DNA of 54,026 nucleotides from an uncultured virus (IMG/VR IMGVR_UViG_3300009826_000018) (lineage: Duplodnaviria > Heunggongvirae > Uroviricota > Caudoviricetes): IMG/VR virus record IMGVR_UViG_3300009826_000018, positions 62,001 to 116,026 of that record; one strand, given 5' to 3'. The notes under the pieces are model-generated. The model saw only the letters and a list, made by a program, of their open reading frames with translations. It was not told where the DNA came from and did not search any database. Shown here in pieces: positions 1 to 12,000 of the stretch (its first letter is position 1; each line of letters begins with the position of its first letter). The translations under genes were made by a program, and so were the position numbers.

Positions 1-3000
1 CCTTCAAACATTATATTTGCTGAATATTCGTCACCTAATTCTGTGTACAAATAATTTGTTGTTACTTCCGGTTTTCTACAAACGAACATTGTTACTTCTC
101 TTTCGTCTTCACCACAAGAATTTTCAACTTTTACGGTAATTGTGAAGTCACCAAACATTGCCCAATCGCTTGGAACACCGGTAATTTCACCTGTTTCAGG
201 ATTCAAACTTAATCCCGGTGGTAAGTCTGTCCATTCTCTCACACCTTTGGTAATTGACCACGTTGCGGGTTTTGTACCAAACGCTTCTAATTGTTGTGAG
301 TTTTCTTCTGCAATAACAAATTCGATATGTGGGGTTATAACGGTTGGTTGAGCACACACAAACATATGAATAGTGTGTTCTACCTCACCACAATAATTTT
401 CTACTTTTACGGTGAACAAGAAGTTACCAAATGTTAATGGTGTCCCACTAACTTCACCTGTAAATTCATCTAACATTAAACCTTCGGGTAATCCATAAAC
501 ATAACCCTCTAATTGTGCCCATTCAGGTAATTCACTATCAACTATTGACCAATAATCGGGTGTTGTACCTTCATATTGAATATTTGCTGAATATTCGTTG
601 TTTAACAAACCATACAAATAATTTGTTGTTACTTCCGGTTTTCTACAAACGAACAATTCTATTTCTTTTTCATCTTCACTACAAGAGTTTTCAACTTTAA
701 CAGTAATTGTGAACTCACCAAACATATTCCAATCAGTTGGAACACCTGTAATTTCACCTGTTTCAGGATTCAAACTTAATCCTGGTGGTAAGTCTGTCCA
801 ACTATTTACACCTTTTGTTATTGTCCATGTACCTTGTGTACCGAAAGATTCCAATTGTTGTGAGTTTTCTTCTGCGATAACAAATTCAACTCCTTCGGTT
901 AATACTTCTGCTTTACCGCAAACGTATATATGTAATCCTATTTCGTGTTCACCACAGTAATTTTCAAGTCTTACTACTACGTCAAAGTCACCAAACTCGG
1001 TTGGTACACCTGTTACCCATCCTGTTTCTTCGTCTAATTCCAAACCTTCCGGTAATTCACCTTCAACGATTGACCAAATTCCGGGTGAACCAAAGAATCT
1101 TAATTCTCTTGGGTGTTCTTCATCCATTACTAATGCCAAACTAGTTGTTTGAACTTCGGGTTTAGCACATATAGAAATATTTATTAATTTTACATCCTCA
1201 CCACAATCATTGACAAATTTTGCTACAAAACTAAATTCACCAAATTCGGTTGGTGTTCCAAATATTACACCTTCGGCGGTAATAAATAAACCGTTAGGTA
1301 AAGAACCTTCGGCGATTGACCAAGTTCCTTCTGAACCTATTACTTCTAATTGAACTTCACTTTCTTCTTCAAGAACAAATTCAATATCTTCGGTTATAAC
1401 GGTTGGTTTTAAACATACAGTAAAATTAACTTCTTTTGTTGCTTCACCACAAGCGTTTTCAACTTGTACGGTGATAGTGAAATCACCCGATTCTGTTGGT
1501 ACGCCACTCATAACACCTGTCTCTTCATCTAATTCCAAACCTTCCGGTAATTCACCTTCAATAACAGTCCATTTTCCTGGTCTGCTACCTGTGAATTGGA
1601 ATTGTTGTATAACGTTATCATCTACTACGTAGAAATTATCTATTTCACCTATAATGTTTGGTAATTGACAAACAAATATTACAACTATTCTTGTTGCTTC
1701 ACCACAACTATTTTCAAGTTTTACTTCAAAATGGAAGTGTCCTGATACAACCGGTGTTCCGCTAACTTCACCTGTTTCGGTATTCAAAGTTAAACCTGTT
1801 GGTAATGCGCCGTTTATAATACTCCATGTTCCTGGTGTACCATCTTGTTCAAATTTTGCTGAACCCGCTTCGTTTAATCTGAAATCCATGTGGTCGTTAG
1901 TGATAATCGGTAATCCACACATAAACATATTGATCACCTGTGTATCTTCACCACAAGGGTTAGTTACTTTTACAGTGAATGTAAAATCACCAAATTCTCT
2001 TGGTCTCCCACTGATTTCACCTGTTAATTCATTCAATCTCAAACCTTCGGGTAATGTACCATCTATAATTTTCCATTCACCTTGTGTTCCGTCATTCGTT
2101 AATTGGAATGATATTCTTCCTTCCATTACAAATTCTAGTTCACTTGCACTTGTAATAGTTGGTGTAGCACACACGGTTATATGCACTTCTTTTGTTGCTA
2201 CGCCGCAATGGTTAGTAAGTTCAACTGTAATAGGGAAGTCACCAAATTCGGTCAATGTTCCGCTGATAACACCTGTATTAGGATTCAATGTGAAATTGTT
2301 TGGTAATGTACCTGCAACAATTTTCCAAGTTCCTGGTGTACCTGTTGATAACAGTTGTTGTTCTGACTGTGTTCCCATTACAAAACCCATATTTTCGGTC
2401 AAAACGTTTGGTAGTCCGCACATAAATATATGTATTGGTTTATATGCTTCACCGCAATAGTTGGTTACTTTTACTATTAAATGGAAGTTACCAAATTCAA
2501 CTGCGATACCACTGATCAAACCTGTTTCAATATCCAATTCCAACCCCACCGGTAGTTCACCCTCATGGATTGACCATGTTCCTGGTGTACCGAAGTGTGT
2601 TAATTGTAGGTTAATTTCATCACCCATAACATAGTCGAAATATCCTGGATTTGTTACTTCCGGTTTTCCGCAAACAAAGATACTAATTTCTTTTTCCGCC
2701 TCACCGCAAGGATTTTTAAGTACCACAGTGAATAAAAATTCACCCATTTCAGTTGCTGTTCCACTAATAACTCCTGATTCACTATCCAATGATAGACCGT
2801 TTGGTAATACACCTTCTGTGATTTCCCAAGTTCCTGGTCTACTTCCTGTGAATTGAAGTTGTTGTGAACTATTTTCGTTTAATATAAAATCAAATTCTTC
2901 GCTTGTAATGTCAGGTAACTTACAGATAAATAGATTTACCTCTTGTGTTGCTTCACCACAAGGATTTGTTATTTGTACAGTGAATTTGAAGTGTCCCCAA

Positions 3001-6000
3001 ACTGTTGGGATACCACTTATTTCACCTGTTTCTTCGTCTAATTCTAAACCTGTTGGTAATGAACTACCGTCAGCAATTGACCACAAACCTTCTGTTCCAA
3101 AGTTTTCCAATTGGATTGAAATTTCATCGTCAAATACGGTTTCAAATGTATTTGGACTTGTAACTACCGGTTTTGCACAGATAAACAAGTCAAATTCTTT
3201 CATATCTTCACCACAAGGGTTTTCTATTTTCACTGTGAAGAAGAAATTACCAAACTCTGTTGGAATACCGCTTATCAAACCTGTTTCGGTGTTTAGTGAT
3301 AATCCGGCTGGTAACAATGAAGGGGTTTCGTCTGAATATGTGATAATACTGTTTTCTACAAGCGACCAAGTTCCTGGTCTGCTTCCTGAAAACAATAATT
3401 GTAATTCGTTATACTCATCCATTACGAAATCTACTTCGGTATCATTCAATATAGCGGGTTTTCCACAAATGAACATATCAATATCTTGGATTGCGTCACC
3501 ACAGGGGTTAGTAACCGACACAGTAAATTTGAAGTTACCAAATACTGTTGGAACACCATAGATTTCACCTGTTTCTTCTTCTAAAAACAATCCGGCTGGT
3601 AATTCACTATCAACTAATGACCATACACCTTCTGTTCCCGAAGATTCTAATTGTGTATAACCTTCTTCACCCATTACAAAATTTGATATACTGTTACCAC
3701 TTGTAACTTCCGGTTTTCCACAAACAAACATATCAATATGTTTAGTATATTCACCGCAAGGATTTTCTATTTTTACATAGAAACTATAATCACCGAATAC
3801 GGTAGGAGTACCGAAAATTTCGCCTGTTTCACCATTCAATTCTAATCCTGCTGGTAACTCACCACACACGATTGTCCAAGTTCCTGGTCTACTTCCTGAG
3901 AACATAAGTTGTTCTGAACTTTCTTCACCCATTACAAACTCCATATACGGGCTACTTACAACCGCAGGTTTTCCACAAATGAACATATCAATATTTTGAA
4001 CTGCTTCACCGCAAGGATTTTCAACTTGAACAGTAAATTTGAAGTTACCAAATACCATTGGGTTTCCATAAACCTCACCTGTTTCAGCGTCTAATACCAA
4101 TCCCATAGGAAGTTCACCCTCTATTACTGACCATACACCTTGTGTTCCGTCAGAAGTGAGTTGTGCTGAACCGTCTTCACCCATTACAAATGACATACTA
4201 CTACCGCTTGTAACACTTGGTTTTCCGCAAGTAAATATAGTAAGTTCTTTTGTAGATTCGCCGCAATGATTTTCTATTTTCACAAAGAAACTAAAATCGC
4301 CAAATTCGGTAGGTGTACCACTAATTTCGCCGGTTGTAGGATTCAATGTTAATCCTGTTGGCAACTCACCACACACGATTGTCCAAGTTCCTGGTCTGCT
4401 TCCTGAGAATGTCATTTGTTCAGAGTGTTGTTCACCCATTACAAATTCCATATCACCACTTGTAACTTCCGGTTTTGCGCATATTTGAATAGAAATTGTT
4501 CTAGCGTCTTCACCACAAGCGTTTTCAATTTTAACGGTTATGGTATATGTACCTGAAACTGTCGGTGTACCACTAATTATTCCTGATTCTCCTTCTAATT
4601 CCAAACCATTAGGTAAATTACCATTCATAATTGTCCACACACCTTGTGTACCCGAAGCAGTTAGTTGTTCTGCACCGTACTCATTCATTACAAAGTTCAA
4701 ATCACTTGTGTTTGTAACAGTTGGTTTGGCGCATACAGTAATATTAACTACTTTTGTATCGTCACCACAAGGGTTAGTTATTTTAACAGTAATTGGGAAT
4801 ACACCATATTCTGAAAGTGTTCCACTGATTACACCTGTTTCACCGTTAAGAGTAAAACCTGTTGGTAATGCACCGTCTATAATTTCCCAAGTTCCTGGTC
4901 TGCTTCCTGAGAACACTAATGTTTGTTCTGATGGTTCACCCATTACAAACCCCATATCACCACTGATGACACTTGGTTTTCCACAAATGAACACGTCTAT
5001 ATCTTGTGTTGCTTCACCACAAGGATTAACAACTTTTACACTAAATTTATAATTACCAAATACGGCTGGTGTACCACTCACAACACCTGTCTCACCATTC
5101 AGTGTCAGACCTTCCGGTAGCGAACCACCTGAAATTGACCAAACACCTTGTGTTCCTGACGAAGTTAGTTGTGCTTCACCTACTTCACCCATTACAAATT
5201 CCATACTACTACCACTTGTAATAGTTGGTTTTGCACAAGTAAATATGGTTATATCTTTTATATCTTCACCGCAAGTATTAGTAATTTTAACAGCAACGTC
5301 AAATATTCCAAATTCAACCGGAGTACCGCTGATCACACCTGTTGCTGTGTTCAGTGATAATCCTGTTGGTAAATTACCTGTTACTGACCAAGTTCCTGGT
5401 CTGCTACCGTCAAACAATAGTTGTTTTGATGCTGCTTCACCCATTACGAACTCCATATCACCACTTGTAACAGTTGGTTTTCCGCAGATAAATATATCCA
5501 ATGTTTGAGTTGCTTCACCACAAGGATTAACAACTTTTACTGTTGCAACAAAGTTACCAAATACGGTAGGAATACCACTAACAAGTCCTGTATCAGCGTT
5601 CAATGTTAGACCTGCTGGTAATTCATCTACTACTGACCAAGTACCTTGTGTTCCGGCTGATGTTAATTGTGCAGAACCTGCTTCACCCATTACGAAACCC
5701 ATACTACTTCCACTTGTAACACTTGGTTTTCCACAAACGAATACGTTTATTTCTTTTGAAGCGTCACCACAAGGGTTAGTTACTTTCGCAGTAAATGCAA
5801 ACTCACCAAATTCGGTAGGTGTTCCTGACACAATACCTGTTTCAGGCTCCATAGTTAATCCGTTAGGTAATGAACCGGCAGTGATTTCCCACATACCTGG
5901 TCTTGTACCTGAATAAACTAATCTTTCCAATCCTACGTTACCCATTACGAACTCCATATCACCGCTTACAACCATTGGTTTTTCGCAAATATGGATAGAT

Positions 6001-9000
6001 ATTGGTTGTGAGTTTTCACCACAAGGGTTAGTTATTTTTATTGTGAAACTATAACTACCTGAAACAACCGGTGTACCATTTACAATACCTGTTTCGGCAT
6101 CCAATGTTAATCCTTCCGGTAATGTTCCGATAATTGACCACAATCCCGCTGTTCCCGAAGACTCTAACTGCGCTGAACCTGCTTCACCTTTTACAAAATT
6201 CATTTCAGCACAACACAAGATTGTTGGTTTTGCACATATATTAATGTTTATTACTTTACTATTTTCACCACAAGCATTTTCAATTTTTGCAGTAAATTCA
6301 AAGTCACCGAATACGGTCGGAGTTCCGATAATAACACCTGTATCAGCGTTGAATGTCAATCCTGTTGGTAATGTACCTTCGATACTCCAAACTCCTGGTC
6401 TACTACCTGAAAACTCTAATTGTTGTACCATAGGATTACCCATTACAAGACCCATATCACCCGTCAAAACGGTTGGTTTAGCACAAATTGCCATAGTTAT
6501 ATTTTTCGTTGCTTCACCACAAGGGTTAGTAATTTTCGCTGTGAAGTTAAATCCACCTGCTACTGTCGGTGTACCACTAATTTCACCTGTATCGGTGTTC
6601 AATGATAAACCTTCCGGTAATGTTCCGCTTGAAATTGACCAAGTTCCTGCTGTTCCCGAAGAAGTTAATATCGCCGAACCGGATTCACCCATTACGAATG
6701 ACATATGATTGTCGCTTGTAACTGTTGGTTTAGAACAAGTATTGATTGTTATATCTTTTACATCCTCACCACAAGGGTTAGTTACTTTTATACTAACAAC
6801 AAACTCACCAAATTCCGCTGTTCTTCCGGTAATTAAACCTTCGTCATTCATTGAAAGACCTGTTGGGAAAGCACCACCATCAAGTGACCAAGTTCCCGGT
6901 CTTGTGCCTGCGAATAACAACTGATGTGAAATTGTATCACCCATTACTATATCCATATCACCACTTATGATTGATGGTTTTGAACAGATATATAATAAGA
7001 TTGTTTTAATTGCTTCACCGCAAGGATTTTTGAATTTCACTGTGAAACTATGTGTTCCTGATACTGTTGGTGTTCCACTAATAACGCCGTCTGCACTTAA
7101 TGACAATCCATTAGGTAACGATCCGTTATCAATTGACCAAGTACCTTCTGTTCCTGTTGCTTCCAACTGAACCGAACCCGCTTCATTCATTACGAAATCA
7201 CCGTGGTCACTTACAATATTAGGTCTTGCACATATTGTTATGTTTATAGTTTTACTTGCTTCACCACAAGGGTTTTTCACTATCAAAATAACGTCAAACT
7301 CGCCAAATTCGGTTGGAGTTCCACTGATAGTTTCATTTTCTGCGCTGAAAACTAAACCTGTTGGTAATGTTCCTTCGATAGACCACTCACCAGGTCTTGT
7401 TCCTGCAAATTGTAATCTATGTGTAGTTGCTTCACCCATTACAAGTGTCATATCGTTAGTTACAACTGATGGTTTTGCACAGATAGAAAGATTGATAGTT
7501 TTGCTAGCGTCACCACAAGAGTTAGTAACTTTCACAACAAAACTGTAATTACCTGATACGGTTGGTGTTCCACTAACCTCACCTGTAACTTCATTCAGAC
7601 TTAAACCTGTTGGTAATGCACCACTTTCGATTGACCAAACACCTTGTGTTCCTGTTTGTTCTAACAGCGAAGAACCTGGTTCGTTTATAACGAAACTCAT
7701 ATCACCGCTCATAATAGCGGGTTTAGAACAAGTGTTCATGTTTATATTTTTGCTTCCAACTCCACAAGGGTTAGTAACTTCTACTGTGAAGTTAAATTCA
7801 CCAAATTCAGGGGTCATACCGCTGATTACACCTGTGTTAGGGTTCAATGCCAATCCCAACGGTAAATTACCTGCTACGATTGCCCAAGTTCCCGGACGAC
7901 TACCTGTGAAACGCAATTGATGTGATACAGGAGTATTTTGTACAAAGTCTAAATCACCTGTTACAACAACCGGTTTTGCACAAACATTAAGGTCCATTGG
8001 TTTGTTTGCTTCACCACAAGGGTTAGTTATTTGAACGGTAAATTTATAACTTCCTGACGCAGTTGTCATTCCACTTATTTCACCGTTAGCACTCAATGTC
8101 AATCCTTCCGGTAACGCACCACTTATGATTGCCCAAGTACCTTCTGTTCCTGTTGCTTCCAATTGGAACGCGAATGGTTCACCAGCCACAAAATCAATAT
8201 TATTACCACTTGTAATAACAGGTTTTGCACAAGAGAACATAGTTATTTCTTTTGTATCCTCACCGCAAGGGTTAGCAACTCTTACTGTAACAGCAAAGTT
8301 ACCAATTTCGGTTGGAGTTCCGCTAACAATACCGTTTGTACTCATAGTAACACCATTCGGGAAACTACCGCTAACGATATTCCAACGACCTGGGCGACTG
8401 CCGCTAAATTCAAGTTGTTTTGACATCGGTACGTTTGCCAAGAACTCTATGTTACTTACAATAACAGTAGGTTCAGCACATACGAATATATTAATACTTT
8501 GAATTGCCTCACCACAAGGATTAACAACTTTTACAGTGATCGCAAAGTTACCCGATTCGGTAGGTACACCGCTGATTAAACCGGTTGAAGGTCTTAAAGT
8601 AACACCGTTTGGTAAATCACCTTCTACTGACCATCTTCCTAATGTACCTGTGTAAGCCAATTGGAATGAAACTTCCTCATCTAATTTAAAGTTTATGTTA
8701 TTAGCACTTGTAATTTGTGGTTTAGCACATACAAATATGTTAAATATTTTTCTTGCAACACCACAAGTGTTTGTCATTCTTATAACAACAGAGAAATCAC
8801 CCGATTCTGTTGCAACACCGCTGATAACGCCGTCAGCACTCAATGTCAAACCAGCAGGTAAAGCACCCGATAATACTACCCAAGTACCCTTTGTTCCTTC
8901 CGATTCTAATTGGTGAGAAACATTATCACCCATTACAAATTCCATATCTTCACTTGTAATAGCAGGTAATCCGCACACATATATAAGCATTTCTTTTGTT

Positions 9001-12000
9001 GCTTCACCACAATCATTTGTAACTTTCACGGTTATATTGAAATCACCGAAAACAGTAGGATTACCACTGATTATACCTGTTGCAGCATCCAATGAAAGAC
9101 CTGCCGGTAGTGTACCACCAACGATTGACCAAGTACCTTGTGTTCCAAATGAAGTTAATTGTTCAGAGTGTTGTTCAGTCATTACAAAGTCGAATTTACC
9201 GCTACTTGTAACTTCCGGTTTAGCACACACGAACATATTTATTTCTTGTTCTTTTTCACCACACTCATTTATTGCTTTAACAGTAAAAGTAAAGTCACCA
9301 AACTCGGTAGCAACTCCGCTTATAACACCTGTTTCGGTGTTCAATTCCAAACCTTCCGGTAATACACCTTCTGAAACTTCCCAAGTTACAGGTTCTGTTC
9401 CAACGAATTGTAATTGAACCGATTTTGCTTCACCCATTACAAATCCCATATCACTTGAACTTGTAATTTCAGGTTTTCCACAAATATCTATTGTTATAGG
9501 TTTATTGACGCTTCCACAAGGATTTGTCATTATAACTGTTATTTTAAATTCACCGAATACGGAAGGTGTTCCACTAATTTCACCTGTTACACTGTTCAAT
9601 GTTAAACCAGCCGGCAAACTACCTTGAACTGACCATACACCTGTTGTGCCTGATGCTTCCAATTGAATAGTTTTTTCTTCACCCATTACGAAATCCATAT
9701 CACCACTCAAAATAGCGGGGAATACGCAAAGTGTAATAACAACGACAACATCTTCGCCGCGTACTTCTACAACACCGTCTTCTATTTCATAACCTGTTTT
9801 TGTTACACTGTATTCGTGTGAACCGTCTGTCAAATGAGTAACATACGTTCCGTCATTATTGTTATTTACGATAAAATCACCAACTTTAACACTTGCATCT
9901 GAAACAGGTGTACCATCTTCCAATTTTATAATAAATGTTGTTTTTTGTGTTTGTTCTGCTTTTACATTAATAACTTTCGTTGCTTCACCACAATAGTTTT
10001 CAACTTTCACTGTTGCACTAAACGAACCGAATTTGGTTGTTGTTCCACTAACAACACCTTTGTTATCCATTTGGATACCCCAAGGGAAGTTACCTTCAAC
10101 AACACTCCATCTTCCCGGTCTGCTACCCGCAAACATAAGTTGTTTTGACATTGGAGTATTTTGTAACACACTAAAATCACCTGTTATGATTTCAGGTTCG
10201 CTACATACGAAAATATTTATGTTTTTACTTGTTTGTCCGCAATCGTTTGTTAATATAAGTTGAACGTTAAAGTTACCTGATTCTGTTGGTTTTCCTGTCA
10301 ATAGACCGTCAGCAGTCAATATCAAACCTTCGGGTAATTCAAATTCACTTGACCAAACACCTTTCGTACCATTAGATTCCAATAAAATGTGAACACCTTC
10401 ATTCAACATTAAATTCATATTTCCGGCGGTAGTGATTTCGGGTTTTCCACAAATTGATACATTAATATCTTTTGTTGCTTCGCTACAATGGTTGGCGACC
10501 TTCAAAGTGAAACTGTAATCACCGAATACTTTCGGAGTTCCACTAATTGTACCGTTTTCGCTATCCAAAGTTAAACCTTTTGGTAATACACCTTCGGAAA
10601 TTGACCAAATTCCTGGTCTACTTCCTTCGTAACGCAGTTCAACTGTTTTTTCTTCGCCCATTACGAAATCCATATCACCACTTCTGATAACAGGTTCAAC
10701 ACAGACAAATATACTCATACACTTTTCTACCTCACCACAAGCGTTTGTGAACTTCAAATTAAATTCAAAATATCCACCGGCAGTTGGAGTTCCGCTGATT
10801 ACACCTGTATTTGGGTCTAAAACTAAACCTGATGGTAAATGACCACCTGTAACTGACCAAACACCCGCTGAACCATGTACTTCATATTGCATTTCAACCG
10901 CTTTACCTCTTACAAATTCAGAGTCACAACCGCTGCAACAAGATATAATGGTTGGTTTCATACAAGCACCCACACCCACTTCTTTAATTGCTTCACCGCA
11001 AGGGTTAGTTACTTTTATTTTAAGGTTGAAATCACCAAACACTCTCGGTGTTCCACTAATAATACCTGTGTCAGCATCTAACGAAAGACCTTTTGGTAGT
11101 TCACCTTCGGCAACCGACCATTTACCTGGTCTTGTTCCCATAAATTGTAATTCGTGTGTCATTGCCTCACCAACTACAACGTTAATGTTTTCAGGAGAAA
11201 CTTCCGGTTTTCCACAAATGTAAACTTTCAAATATTGGAAATCTTCACCACAAGCATTAATCACTCTTATAGTACAGTTGAAGAAACCGAAAATTGTTGG
11301 TGTACCTGTGATAAGACCTTCTTCGTCTAATGATAATCCGCTTGGTAATCTACCTTCGGCAATTGACCAAACTCCGGGATTTCCGTAAGCGGTTAGTTGT
11401 ACTTTTGCTTCTTCACCCATTACAAGTTTTACGTCATCATTACTTGTAATACGTGGTTCAGCACATATTGTTATTTGAATATCTTTTTCTACTTCACCAC
11501 AAGGATTGACCACTTTCAATGTAACGTGGAAATCACCAAATTGTGTTGAAATTCCTGAAAGAACACCTGATTTACCATTCAACGTTACTCCGGTTGGTAA
11601 TTCACCATCTACAACCGACCAAGTTCCGGGACCACTACCTGAAAATTGTAGTTGTTCCATTATTTGTTCGTTATACGGAAGAACAAGATTAGAAGATGTT
11701 GCAATTGTTGGTTTTGCACATACGTACATATTGATTTTTTTAGTCAATTCACCACAAGGGTTAGTTACTTTTACAGTAAAATCATATTTACCGAACTCGG
11801 TGGGTGTTCCACTAATAAGACCATCCGAACCGATTGAAATACCTCTTGGGAAAGTACCCTCAACATACGACCAAACGCCCGGTTTACTTCCAACAAAGGT
11901 TAGTTGTTCAGATATTTCTTCATTCATTATAGATTTAATATCTTTGCTAGAAATTTTACTTGGGGGTTCACACAATTGTACTGCCACATCTACGTCAGAT

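Noticed and set aside
100..11970. Regularly spaced repeats as a CRISPR array or DGR template/variable pair
   Set aside because: The period is ~250 bp, copies are degenerate at synonymous positions and in-frame coding, and no cas or reverse-transcriptase gene is visible.
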